Virus record (IMG/VR): IMGVR_UViG_3300048589_000933 | Coordinates: 1-50,782 of that record | Reading direction: 5' to 3' (one strand) | Origin: a virus | Lineage: Duplodnaviria; Caudoviricetes | DNA length: 50,782 nucleotides | Part shown: one piece after another, positions 8,061-16,384 of the stretch | Position numbering within the stretch: position 1 is the stretch's first letter | Layout of the letters: every line of letters begins with the position of its first letter | The notes under the pieces: model-generated | Seen by the model: the letters and a program-made list of their open reading frames with translations, nothing else | Told to the model about the DNA's origin: nothing | Database searches by the model: none | Program-made: the position numbers and the translations under genes

Positions 8061-8329
8061 GCGACGGCCTGCTGCGGGGGCGGCACACCGCAGCCGGCGT
8101 CGGCGAGCGACGCGTGATAGGTGCGCAGGCCGGCCGGTGAGGGCATGAGCTGCGACATGTGGCGGTCTGTCCAGGTCAGCAAGCCGTTTCGATGCAGCGC
8201 GTTGCATGCGCGCACGGTGTGGGCGCGGCCGGACTTGCCGCGAAAGCCGCCGCGACAGCGCGGCATGGGTGCGGCGCAGGCGTCTTCGAGTGCCTGCTGC
8301 TGTGTTGCGGGGAGGTCGGTGAAGTTCAT
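8057..8329 (-). CDS. Hypothetical phage protein
   Basis: ATGA-coupled at both ends. Confidence 0.6.
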   Translation of the reverse strand: MNFTDLPATQQQALEDACAAPMPRCRGGFRGKSGRAHTVRACNALHRNGLLTWTDRHMSQLMPSPAGLRTYHASLADAGCGVPPPQQAVA

Positions 8330-8682
8330 GCGGACTCCGTGGTGCGCCGGGGCGCGGTGAGGTGGGTGGCGGTGCGGCGCGCGGTGCGGCGGCGCAGGAG
8401 GTACTTGATGCGCAGGCCGTCGCAGATGCGCTGCCAGTGGGCGATGTGCCTGGTGTGGCCGCCGTCGGTCAGGCGCTGGCGGTAGGCGGCGCGACGATCG
8501 ATGACGGTGACGTCGGGCCCTGGCGCGGGTGAAGGTGCCCCAACCACGGGCGCCGATGGGGAGGGCGGCGGAGTCAGCGCGAGGGGGCGCGCTGCCCGGG
8601 GTCGGGACATGAAACGGGAGGTGAGCTGGTGCCAGATTTCGCCGGCGACCAGCAGCAGGCCCACGATGGCGAAGATCTCCAT
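8326..8682 (-). CDS. Hypothetical protein with N-terminal hydrophobic segment
   Basis: MEIFAIVGLLLVAG; coupled to neighbours. Confidence 0.55.
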   Translation of the reverse strand: MEIFAIVGLLLVAGEIWHQLTSRFMSRPRAARPLALTPPPSPSAPVVGAPSPAPGPDVTVIDRRAAYRQRLTDGGHTRHIAHWQRICDGLRIKYLLRRRTARRTATHLTAPRRTTESA

Positions 8683-8918
8683 CACGCACGCTCCTGCGGG
8701 CCGCACTGACTGGCCAGGCTGTGCGCCGCCTGGATGACGTGCGCCGGCCGCTTGCCGGCGTCGAGCAGGCGTGAGGCGTAGCTCTCGACATCGGGCAGCG
8801 CGGCATGCCGGCTGCACGCCGGCCGCGCGGCGAATCGAACGCGGCGCATCAGGGCCTCGGCGCTGAGGTCGGCCGCGGCACGCTGCCAGCGCGGGAAGGG
8901 GATGACGGTGGCGGTCAT
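8682..8918 (-). CDS. Hypothetical phage protein (MTATVIPFPR...)
   Basis: ATGA overlap; VIPFP N-terminal motif common in phage ORFs. Confidence 0.6.
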   Translation of the reverse strand: MTATVIPFPRWQRAAADLSAEALMRRVRFAARPACSRHAALPDVESYASRLLDAGKRPAHVIQAAHSLASQCGPQERA

Positions 8919-9184
8919 GCGCGCGACGCCTGGCGCGTGGCGGTGTGGTGCCCAGCTTCGGCGCCGTGCTTGGCGTCGCGCTTCAATTGCGCGATGGCGC
9001 GCTCGGCTTCGTTGAAGCGCAGCGATTCGAGCCAACTCGCGGCCGACTTGCCGACCCAGGCGTCGTCGGTTCCGAGCCGGCGGTACTTCCGGGTGACCTC
9101 GCCGCGGTCGTAGCCGGCGGCGGCGAGCAGGGCCTTGATCTCGATGCGCTGCTGGGCGGTGGCAGACGCCTTGACCGAGCTCAT
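8915..9184 (-). CDS. Hypothetical phage protein
   Basis: ATGA-coupled. Confidence 0.6.
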   Translation of the reverse strand: MSSVKASATAQQRIEIKALLAAAGYDRGEVTRKYRRLGTDDAWVGKSAASWLESLRFNEAERAIAQLKRDAKHGAEAGHHTATRQASRA

Positions 9185-9375
9185 GCGGCGGCCTGCTGGA
9201 TGGCGATCAGGCGGCGCTGAAAGCGGCTGTTCTCCGCGCGCAGGTCGGCGGCCTCGCGCTCAAGCTCGCGCACCTCGAGGGCCGCGTTGCGGTACGTCAT
9301 GGCCGCCAGATCGTTGTCTGAGCCGGCCGCCTCCTGGGCGAGGTTGTCGAGGAGTTGGGTTGCGGTGGTTGCCAT
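9181..9375 (-). CDS. Small coiled-coil protein, first gene of the leftward early operon
   Basis: GGAG upstream; heptad pattern. Confidence 0.6.
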   Translation of the reverse strand: MATTATQLLDNLAQEAAGSDNDLAAMTYRNAALEVRELEREAADLRAENSRFQRRLIAIQQAAA

Positions 9376-9417
9376 CACTAGCTCCGAAGAGCGCCCCGGC
9401 GGGGCGGATGGCGAAAC

Positions 9418-9455
9418 TATAAACGCGCTTACATCGCAGTGCAAGCGTGCTTACA
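9418..9455. promoter_or_regulatory. OL-like operators (2 sites, consensus TGTAAG-N4-CTTACA)
   Basis: TATAAA-CGCG-CTTACA at 9418-9433 and TGCAAG-CGTG-CTTACA at 9440-9455; same motif as between cI and cro. Confidence 0.75.
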
Positions 9456-9474
9456 TCATCCCGTGCGACTCACC

Positions 9475-10092
9475 CTAGTTGCAGTTCGTGTGCGCAAGCG
9501 CAATCACGTCTTCGGAGACTCGCAGGGAGCGTAATGCCTGCCATAGCTCGAGCAGCGTGGCTGTTGATTCGGCGTTGATTGATCCATCAGACATCACCCC
9601 GCACGTCATGTGCAAAGCCTCGAATCCGCCCATCCTGTTGCGGGCTCGAATCTCGATGCCTAGATGAATGTCGTCTCTTCGGCGGGCCCATGCCGAGGAG
9701 ACAACGTACGCGCTGCGCGGGTCAAGCAAAAGTGGCCGGTACGCGTCGAGGCACTTCTCGGCAGAATTGGCCGGAACGGGCTCTGGGATGGTGCAGAAGG
9801 GGGCATTGTTCTCAGCGTAGCGGCCTTCGCGCTCAGTCTCTTCCGCCACCGATTGCTGCGCCTCCTGTTCAGAGGTGCAGTGCTTGCGCCATATGCCATC
9901 GGGGCACTTGTAGTGGGTGCCACCAGGCGGCTTGTAGGACCAACTCTTGGGGTCTACTTCGTACCGCCTGTCGGTGTCTGAGCAAGACGCTAGTGGCACT
10001 CGGGCGCCATCACGGAAGCAACGAATCTCCGCGCCAACTAAAGATCCTGAAGCAATGAGCAGCGATAGGGTGAGGGCAGAAACATGCGACAT
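9475..10092 (-). CDS. Exported Cys-rich protein downstream of cI (lysogen-expressed accessory gene candidate)
   Basis: Signal-peptide-like N-terminus, several Cys, lower GC, AGGAG RBS right after the cI stop. Confidence 0.65.
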   Translation of the reverse strand: MSHVSALTLSLLIASGSLVGAEIRCFRDGARVPLASCSDTDRRYEVDPKSWSYKPPGGTHYKCPDGIWRKHCTSEQEAQQSVAEETEREGRYAENNAPFCTIPEPVPANSAEKCLDAYRPLLLDPRSAYVVSSAWARRRDDIHLGIEIRARNRMGGFEALHMTCGVMSDGSINAESTATLLELWQALRSLRVSEDVIALAHTNCN

Positions 10093-10106
10093 GTGGGCTC
10101 CTGACG

Positions 10107-10886
10107 CTAACGAAAGAGGCCGCCTGATCCCGACCGGTCGATGACTTGTCCAAACAATGCAACCCGATCTCCAATGGCATCCGCCTCGACAAAGATGTCT
10201 GGGTAGGCCTGCTTGTCACTGTTCTCGCTGACGATACGATAGCCACCACCGTGCCGGAAGATGTACTTGACGACTACTTCGCCGTCCAACGCGAAGGCAT
10301 ACATGTTGCCGCTGCGGATCTGGGTTTCCTCCAGCGTGAAGTGGACCGCGATCTTGTCGCCATCGAAGAGCACGCGCTCCATGCTGGCGCCGTTGACGCG
10401 CATCACTCTGACATTCTCAGGCTTGGCACCGAAGCGCCGAAACCAATCGCGCTGGAAGGGCATGCGGTACTTGGTCTCCACGTACTCCGGCGACCATTGT
10501 CCCGGCCCCGCGCCAGCGACCATGTCTACGAACGGCACAAGTGATTCGGTCATTTGGTCGACGTCGCCGTCCCCATCGATGGCACGCACGGCATATGCGT
10601 GAAGCGGTTCTTGAATTTGCTTCGCACTGGCGGCCGCTTCGGTGCCATCGCGCGGGGCGAAGAATTTTGGCTCTCGGCCCGAATTGAGCCATGTCCCGCG
10701 GTAGCCAGTCTCCGACTCATAAGCGGCGAGCAGCTTCCCTCCAAGCTGTTGGGTCTTCCCGCCTTCGATCAAGTAGATCGCCTGGGCTGTGACTTTCAGT
10801 CGTCTGGCAAACGCCGCAACGTTTCGTTCGCCAGTTGATAGGCGCGCTTCGGTGGCTCGTTCTGCAAGCGTTGACATGTAAGCCAT
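10107..10886 (-). CDS. cI: CI-like repressor (HTH + S24 peptidase)
   Basis: HTH AAFARRLKVTAQAIYLIEGG, AG cleavage site, V.GASME catalytic Ser, VVKY Lys; divergent from cro. Confidence 0.9.
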   Translation of the reverse strand: MAYMSTLAERATEARLSTGERNVAAFARRLKVTAQAIYLIEGGKTQQLGGKLLAAYESETGYRGTWLNSGREPKFFAPRDGTEAAASAKQIQEPLHAYAVRAIDGDGDVDQMTESLVPFVDMVAGAGPGQWSPEYVETKYRMPFQRDWFRRFGAKPENVRVMRVNGASMERVLFDGDKIAVHFTLEETQIRSGNMYAFALDGEVVVKYIFRHGGGYRIVSENSDKQAYPDIFVEADAIGDRVALFGQVIDRSGSGGLFR

Positions 10887-10939
10887 TTTACAATCTTGGC
10901 GTGTAAGTGGGCTTGCTATAAGGGCAAAGTCTGCTTACA
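10877..10939. promoter_or_regulatory. OR-like operators (3 sites)
   Basis: TGTAAG-CCAT-TTTACA (10877-10892), TGTAAG-TGGG-CTTGCT (10902-10917), GCAAAG-TCTG-CTTACA (10924-10939). Confidence 0.75.
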
Positions 10940-10950
10940 CTCCTGCAGCA

Positions 10951-11202
10951 ATGACGCCGACCATCGACAAGAAGCAAGCTCTGGATGCCTACGCCGGCAA
11001 CGCAAGTGCGCTCGCTCGCGCGCTGCAGATCACGCCTCAAGCGATCTACCAGTGGCCTGACGGGCCAATTCTCGAGTTGCACGCCCTGAAGCTTTGGTTT
11101 GTTCTGCGTCCCGAGTACTTCCAGTCGCTGGCCGCTAAGGCCTCGGCGGCTGCAGAGGGCGAACCCACCCCAGACCGCGCCGATAGCGCGCAGGCGGCTT
11201 GA
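10951..11202 (+). CDS. cro: Cro-like HTH regulator
   Basis: ALARALQITPQAIYQW HTH, divergent from cI. Confidence 0.88.
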   Translation: MTPTIDKKQALDAYAGNASALARALQITPQAIYQWPDGPILELHALKLWFVLRPEYFQSLAAKASAAAEGEPTPDRADSAQAA

Positions 11203-11469
11203 ATGCTCAATCCAGCTTACAAGCCCGCAAGCATGCGTTCGGTGGGTATGCCTCCCGCGCATCCCGATGTGGTGGGGCTTTCGCTCAGTTGCGGCACGGA
11301 CTGCCCCGCCGATGCCATGCGCTTTCACTTCACGCGGGAGGAAGCCGAGCGCTTGGCGTTGGCCTTGCTCGATGCGGTCTCCATTCAGCGCTATCGAGTG
11401 GCCCAGTCGTCTATCTGCTCGGGCAAGCCAAATTGCGACGGGTCGCCACAATCGGGCCATGCGCAATGA
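11203..11469 (+). CDS. Module 1 forward ORF, hypothetical
   Basis: ATG immediately after the cro stop and repeat 1. Confidence 0.5.
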   Translation: MLNPAYKPASMRSVGMPPAHPDVVGLSLSCGTDCPADAMRFHFTREEAERLALALLDAVSIQRYRVAQSSICSGKPNCDGSPQSGHAQ

Positions 11470-11606
11470 CCGCCGGCCAAGTCGTCCAGCGCGTGCTGAG
11501 CCGTGTGAAACGGGCCGTCGAAACAATCGTCGCCGTGCCAGAGCATCCATCCGCGCGGCTCTCGCACGATTCGGAAAACGCCGGCGCGGGTGTTGTGCCA
11601 GTACAT
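11391..11606 (-). CDS. Module 1 reverse ORF, hypothetical (71 aa, MYWHNTRAG...)
   Basis: GGAGG RBS; globular, Trp/Gly/Asp-rich protein-like sequence. Confidence 0.7.
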   Translation of the reverse strand: MYWHNTRAGVFRIVREPRGWMLWHGDDCFDGPFHTAQHALDDLAGGHCAWPDCGDPSQFGLPEQIDDWATR

Positions 11607-11696
11607 GGACGCCTCCGTCATGCGGACTGATTCGCACCGCGAAGCATATCGCGAGCCCCACACCCCAGACCGCGCCAATAGCGCGCAGGTGGCGTG

Positions 11697-11930
11697 ATGG
11701 CCATGTACATCGAGGACCTTTCGCCCAGTGAGCTTGAGTCCGTCGGCATGGACGTCCAAAGCCACGGCACGGTGGTGGCGTACGCCTACACCCTGAAGCA
11801 CGGGTTGGCAGTGTCGCCCTCGCAGCACAGGCAGCTGATGGTGATGCACCGATCGCTGGGAAGAATGCTGACCGACGCCGAGTTCGCGTCAGTCGTTGGC
11901 ACCGAGGGTGGTGACGATGCGCACCACTGA
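11697..11930 (+). CDS. Module 2 forward ORF, hypothetical
   Basis: Start 7 nt after repeat 2 (AGGTGG RBS-like). Confidence 0.55.
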   Translation: MAMYIEDLSPSELESVGMDVQSHGTVVAYAYTLKHGLAVSPSQHRQLMVMHRSLGRMLTDAEFASVVGTEGGDDAHH

Positions 11931-12080
11931 CCCGCGCTTTGGTTTCCGCTTGCGGCCGCTGGTGTATGCGCGGATGGCGATGAGCGCCTCGGGCCTGGTA
12001 ACCGGCCGGTACGCACAGATCTCGTACGTCACGCCTGTTTGCGGGTCGCGAAGTGTGGCCTGTACCGATGGCATGTCCAT
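11889..12080 (-). CDS. Module 2 reverse ORF, small basic protein (63 aa)
   Basis: MDMPSVQATLRDPQTGVTYEICAYR...; protein-like; TACGAT -10-like element upstream, next to repeat 3. Confidence 0.65.
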   Translation of the reverse strand: MDMPSVQATLRDPQTGVTYEICAYRPVTRPEALIAIRAYTSGRKRKPKRGSVVRIVTTLGAND

Positions 12081-12151
12081 GCAGATTGGTCCGCTGGACG
12101 GTGCCCGAATCGTAACCCCAGACCGCGCCGATAGCGCGCAGGAGACCCGTG

Positions 12152-12349
12152 ATGCCGCGTGAACACTCATCGCCAGAGGGCATCGATGCTGCACTGCTCG
12201 AGCACGAGATCGAAGCGCTGGCGACGCTCGCGCTGTCTGTCCTGCAGACCCGTGGCTGCAGTGCGGCAGAGGCTTCGGCAGAAGCCGCAGTGATACGGCG
12301 CTCTGCCCGCGGCGATGCTGCGGCTATTTTGTCTCGTACGCCTGCTTGA
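12152..12349 (+). CDS. Module 3 forward ORF, hypothetical helical protein
   Basis: CAGGAG RBS formed at the end of repeat 3. Confidence 0.55.
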   Translation: MPREHSSPEGIDAALLEHEIEALATLALSVLQTRGCSAAEASAEAAVIRRSARGDAAAILSRTPA

Positions 12350-12485
12350 CCGCCGCTCGAATGTCCTTGAATGCCGCGGTGATCTCTTGGAGGTTCCCAG
12401 TGCCTGATGTGCTGCGTGCGATGGCTTTGGCCTGCAAGGCAGCGATCAGGATCTCGGATGCAATCTCTTCGAAGGACTTGCTCAC
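12324..12485 (-). CDS. Module 3 reverse ORF, two-helix protein (53 aa)
   Basis: GGAG plus GTG start; EIASEILIAALQ...EITAAFKDIRAAV amphipathic helices. Confidence 0.65.
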   Translation of the reverse strand: MSKSFEEIASEILIAALQAKAIARSTSGTGNLQEITAAFKDIRAAVKQAYETK

Positions 12486-12656
12486 GTCGGTCTCCGGTGG
12501 TGGCGATGGTGGGGTAGCACTCCCATTCTGCCACCGGCAGGCCGACCCCTTCAGCTTGGCATGCGTGATTCCACCGGCGGCAGGGATGATGACGGCTGTC
12601 CATGTGGGCAGGTTGATGCGTTTGCATAGCAGCGTCATCGTTCATGTGGTGCCCGC

Positions 12657-13109
12657 GTGAACGTTCTCGACGCCGCGCACCGCACGGTCCACGCCTACCC
12701 GGGCGGCAGTGAGTCACTGGGCCCGCGCATCGGCATCGTGCCTGCGGTGCTGCGCTCCAAGGTCAACCCGAACTGCCACAGCCACCGCCTGGCGATTGAC
12801 GAGGCGGACCTGATCATGGGCGCCACGGGTGACCTGTCCATCCTGCAGGCGCTCGCGGCCAACCATGGCTGCACGCTGCAGCGCATCGACGGTTCTGCAC
12901 CCGGGTCGCTGTTCGGCGCGCACCTGGCTAGCACCGGTGCCTCGGGTGATTTGGCCGGTGTTTTAGCTGCGGCGCTCGCCGATGGTCGGGTGTCTGCCAA
13001 CGAGGCCGCCACGATCTCGCGCGCCGGGGCCGCACTGCAGGCCGCGATCGTGCACCTGGTGTCGCTGGCCTACGCCGATGCGGTGCAGTCGAGGGCCAAG
13101 CCCGCATGA
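12657..13109 (+). CDS. CII-family phage regulatory protein (Phage_CP76-like)
   Basis: AAHRTVHAYPGGSESL...LRSKVNPN..H.L motif; C-terminal ADGRVS.NE. Confidence 0.85.
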   Translation: MNVLDAAHRTVHAYPGGSESLGPRIGIVPAVLRSKVNPNCHSHRLAIDEADLIMGATGDLSILQALAANHGCTLQRIDGSAPGSLFGAHLASTGASGDLAGVLAAALADGRVSANEAATISRAGAALQAAIVHLVSLAYADAVQSRAKPA

Positions 13110-13303
13110 AGCGCAAGGCCCGGCCAGGCGTCAATCCGTTGGCGGACCCGCGCCGGGCACGATATGTGCGGGCCGCGCTGGATCGCCGCCGAGTGTCGGA
13201 TGAGCAATTGGCGCTGGCGCGACTGCGTGCCGATCCGGAGCGGCAAGCGCAAGCGGTTTCGCGCGTGAAGGGGCTGCTGGCGATGCTGGGTGATTCGACG
13301 TGA
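13106..13303 (+). CDS. Hypothetical phage protein
   Basis: ATGA-coupled. Confidence 0.6.
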   Translation: MKRKARPGVNPLADPRRARYVRAALDRRRVSDEQLALARLRADPERQAQAVSRVKGLLAMLGDST

Positions 13304-13539
13304 GCGTGAGCCACTGCATGCACCGTGCGCTGGAGATAGCGCGCACGCCTGTCGATACCTGGGGTGCGCAGATCGCTGATCTGCCAGAAGGCTGCACGCA
13401 CTCGGATTGCGGTGCGCCGCGCAGCTGCCGTGAGCGCATTGCTGAGTACATGCGTATGCAGTGGCGCATTGAGCAACACCAGGCGCTGCGACGGGAAGAG
13501 ATCGCCAAGGTGGCGGCAGCGAAAAGGGCGTTTGCGTGA
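13300..13539 (+). CDS. Hypothetical protein, possible Zn-binding
   Basis: GTGA-coupled; Cys/His cluster. Confidence 0.6.
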   Translation: MSVSHCMHRALEIARTPVDTWGAQIADLPEGCTHSDCGAPRSCRERIAEYMRMQWRIEQHQALRREEIAKVAAAKRAFA

Positions 13540-14585
13540 GCGATCGTCCGAAAATCGATGTGGATGGAATCAAGGCGCGCGCCGATATTGTCGAGGTGGT
13601 GCAGAGGTATGTGCCACTGAGGAAGGCTGGCAAAGACTGGGTTGGGTTGTGCCCGTTCCACAGTGAGAACTCGCGCAGCTTCACTGTGAGTGAGAAGGGG
13701 TTCGTGCACTGCTTTGGGTGCGGGGCTCACTACGATGTGATCGGGTTCATTCAGGCGATCACTGGCGCGACGTTCGTTGATGCGTGCCGGCAGCTGGGCG
13801 CCGAGGAATTCGGCGAGGCGCGGGCGATCGTGCGGCGCGAGCTGTCGCAGGTGCCTGATGTTCGCTGGGTGCCGATACTGCCGGTGCCAGGTCACGCGCT
13901 TGAGTTGATGGCGGATGAGTCGCGCACAGTGCCGGTGCACAACCCGGGTTCGGGAAAAACATGCGCATGGCGGCCTGAACGAGTTGATGCGTATCGCGAT
14001 GCGCGCGGCGCATTGCTGGGTTACGTGCTGCGCCTTGTGCTGCCAGCGAAGGACGGCAAGAAAGCGGGTAAGTGGACGCCGATGGTGACGTGGTGTGTGG
14101 GGCCTGATGGTGCGCAGCAGTGGTGTCTGCAGGCCTTCCCGGAGCCGCGCCCTATGTGCGGCCTTGACGCGTTGGCGGCAATGCCCTGGGCGCCTGCGCT
14201 GGTGGTGGAGGGCGAAAAGTGCCGCGCGGCTGGCGCTGGCGCGCAGGATCAATACGCCGTGATGACCTGGCCGGGTGGAAGCAACGGCATCGCCAAGGTG
14301 GATTGGTCGCCACTGCATGGTCGTGACGTGGTGTTGTGGCCGGATGCTGACCCCTCCGGGGTGGCGGCGATGATGGGGAAGTCGAATCTGACGGGGTTGG
14401 TTTCACCTGGCGTCGCGCAGCTGGTGGCGCGCGCGGGTGCGCGATCTATCCGAATCATCGATACGAGCGGCCAGCCGAAGGGCTGGGACATAGCGGATGC
14501 GTTGCAGGTGGACCTTTGGACGTGGCCTCAGCTGGCTGCATGGGCGGCCGCGCGGGTCGCTGATGTGCGCGTGGTGCGGGCATGA
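13536..14585 (+). CDS. DNA primase (CHC2 zinc finger + TOPRIM)
   Basis: GLCPFHSE...HCFGCG; VVEGEK; LWPDAD..G; GWDIAD. Confidence 0.9.
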   Translation: MSDRPKIDVDGIKARADIVEVVQRYVPLRKAGKDWVGLCPFHSENSRSFTVSEKGFVHCFGCGAHYDVIGFIQAITGATFVDACRQLGAEEFGEARAIVRRELSQVPDVRWVPILPVPGHALELMADESRTVPVHNPGSGKTCAWRPERVDAYRDARGALLGYVLRLVLPAKDGKKAGKWTPMVTWCVGPDGAQQWCLQAFPEPRPMCGLDALAAMPWAPALVVEGEKCRAAGAGAQDQYAVMTWPGGSNGIAKVDWSPLHGRDVVLWPDADPSGVAAMMGKSNLTGLVSPGVAQLVARAGARSIRIIDTSGQPKGWDIADALQVDLWTWPQLAAWAAARVADVRVVRA

Positions 14586-15976
14586 CCGGGATGTCGGCGC
14601 GGAAGGTGGTGACGCTGGTCGACGGTGGCAAAGGCAGCAAGGGTGGCCCGCCCGCCGGCGGTGGTGGTGGCATGCCTGGGGGCGACGATTGGCACTACCG
14701 GCTGACGAAGAATCGCGACGGCAAGGTTGAGGGGACGCTCCACAACCTGCTGCTGATCTTTGAGAACGATGAACATCTTGCTGGGCTGTGGTGGCTCAAC
14801 GAGTCATCCAACCAGGTCGTGCTTTCGCGTGATGCGCCGTGGCCAGGTGGCAATCGGGAAGAGTTCACTGACTCCGACAGCTGTGAGCTGGCAGCTTGGC
14901 TGCAGACGCCCGAGAACTACGGGATGAGTTGCAGCGATGAGGCGGTGCTGAAGGCAGTGATTGCGGTGGCGCGACGACACCGGCGACATCCTATCCGCGA
15001 GTATCTGTGCGCGCTCAAGTGGGATGGTGTTGAGCGCATTGATTCGATGCTGGTGGATCTGTTCGGTGCTGAGGACACGAGTTACTGCCGACGCGCAGCG
15101 CGGTGTTTCGTTGTGTCGGCGGTGGCGCGAATCATGTGGTTCGACGCCAAGCAACCGTTTGTGGGTGCGCAGGTGGACTTCATGCTGGTGCTCGAGGGCG
15201 AGCAGGGCAAGAAGAAGAGCTCGGCCATACGTGAGCTGTTCGGATCCAACTGGTTCGTTGAGACCAACGAATCGCCTTCGTCCAAGGATTTCTATCAGGT
15301 CATCCAGGGGTGCTGGGGCGTCGAGATCGCGGAGATGGATTCGTTCGGCAAGGCGGACGTGACCAACGTCAAGACTGCCATCACCAGGCGCGTGGATAAG
15401 TTCAGGGCGCCCTACGAGCGCGTACCTCGCAGCTACAGGCGCGAGTGCGTGTTCGTCGGCACGACGAACGAGGGCGAGTATCTGCGCGACCCAACGGGCG
15501 GTCGCCGGTTCTTGCCGGTGCGCACGGCGGCCATGGTCGATATCGAGGCTATCCACAAGCTGCGTGATCAGCTGTGGGCTGAGGCGGTGAAGCTGTTCAA
15601 CGATGGCGAGCAGTGGTGGGAGTTGCCACCCGAGGCTGGTGAGCAGCAAGAGCAGCGCTACGTAGGTGATTCGTGGGAGGGCATCATCAACCGGTGGCTG
15701 GCCGGCGCGGCAGTAGGCGAGCATTCCTACCCAGGGCGATTGATCGGGGGGCGGCCAGACTGGACGACCACGGCCGAGGTGTTGCAGTACGCCCTGAAAG
15801 TGGAGATCGCCAAACACGGCAAGCCTGAGCAGATGCGTGTCGCGGCCGCCATGAAGCGGCTGGGGTGGCATCACGACCGGGTGATGGTAGACGGCTACCG
15901 CGAACGACGGTGGCTACGCGCAGCGCATGATGTGCAAGCGGCGGCAGGCGGAGGTGGCAGTGATCCGCCGTTCTGA
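14582..15976 (+). CDS. VapE/VirE-family helicase-like replication protein
   Basis: HPIREYL..L.WDG, LEGEQGKKKS Walker A, EIAEMD, FRAPYER, GTTN, TGGRRF. Confidence 0.9.
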   Translation: MTGMSARKVVTLVDGGKGSKGGPPAGGGGGMPGGDDWHYRLTKNRDGKVEGTLHNLLLIFENDEHLAGLWWLNESSNQVVLSRDAPWPGGNREEFTDSDSCELAAWLQTPENYGMSCSDEAVLKAVIAVARRHRRHPIREYLCALKWDGVERIDSMLVDLFGAEDTSYCRRAARCFVVSAVARIMWFDAKQPFVGAQVDFMLVLEGEQGKKKSSAIRELFGSNWFVETNESPSSKDFYQVIQGCWGVEIAEMDSFGKADVTNVKTAITRRVDKFRAPYERVPRSYRRECVFVGTTNEGEYLRDPTGGRRFLPVRTAAMVDIEAIHKLRDQLWAEAVKLFNDGEQWWELPPEAGEQQEQRYVGDSWEGIINRWLAGAAVGEHSYPGRLIGGRPDWTTTAEVLQYALKVEIAKHGKPEQMRVAAAMKRLGWHHDRVMVDGYRERRWLRAAHDVQAAAGGGGSDPPF

Positions 15977-15986
15977 TCCCGATCTG

Positions 15987-16213
15987 CCCGACCTTTGTCG
16001 GCCACTGCCCAACCTTTGCCCAACCTTTGCCCAACCTCGGGACAGTTGGGGTATGGGTTTGCCCAACCTACCCAACCTTTTCGCCTCGCGCGTATGGGGT
16101 TTGCTCGGCCACTACACAAACAAAATATTCGCATACAGGTTGGGTAGGTTGGGTAGGTTGGGAATCGTCAAGCGCGGCGCGGGTTTCAGACTGCCCAACC
16201 TCCTGCCCAACCT
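15987..16213. repeat. CCCAACCT iteron cluster; probable phage replication origin
   Basis: 7 forward copies and 3 inverted copies (AGGTTGGG), with an AT-rich spacer, directly after the helicase gene. Confidence 0.7.
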
Positions 16214-16284
16214 CGTCGCATCTCGCGAGGTCAGCCAATCCGCTTCCGTGATCGTGCGCAATGCAACGGCCCCCACCAGTCGAC

Positions 16285-16327
16285 GGGTCCTCCCCAATCA
16301 AACGGAACTGCGGGTAGTGAGGCCGCG
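16285..16327 (+). other. Candidate lambda-like cos site (cosQ-like GGGTCCT + cosN-like GCG-GGTAGTGAGGC-CGC)
   Basis: GGGTCCT equals lambda cosQ and lies upstream of terS in a phage with a GpA-type terminase. Confidence 0.45.
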
Positions 16328-16384
16328 ATTGGCGTGCGTGTTTGGCGTTCCGGCTTTGGTTCCGGTGGCAGGGTGGGTTGCGCC

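Larger units (their letters stand above)
11167..12142 (+). repeat. Three copies of the 28-bp repeat ACCCCAGACCGCGCC(G/A)ATAGCGCGCAGG at 11167, 11662 and 12115
   Basis: Copies 1 and 3 identical, copy 2 has one mismatch; internal hairpin CGCGC-N5-GCGCG. Confidence 0.92.

Noticed and set aside
11167-12142. 28-bp hairpin repeats as a CRISPR array or integron attC sites
   Set aside because: Spacers are ~430-470 bp and coding, with no cas genes; no GTTRRRY/RYYYAAC ends and no integron integrase.
10888-12717. 609-aa minus-strand ORF containing LRAIGAVWG three times
   Set aside because: Arg/Ala/Pro-rich shadow-type composition; overlaps cro and cII antisense. It is the antisense reading of the repeats in GC-rich DNA, though the in-phase repeat spacing is noted.
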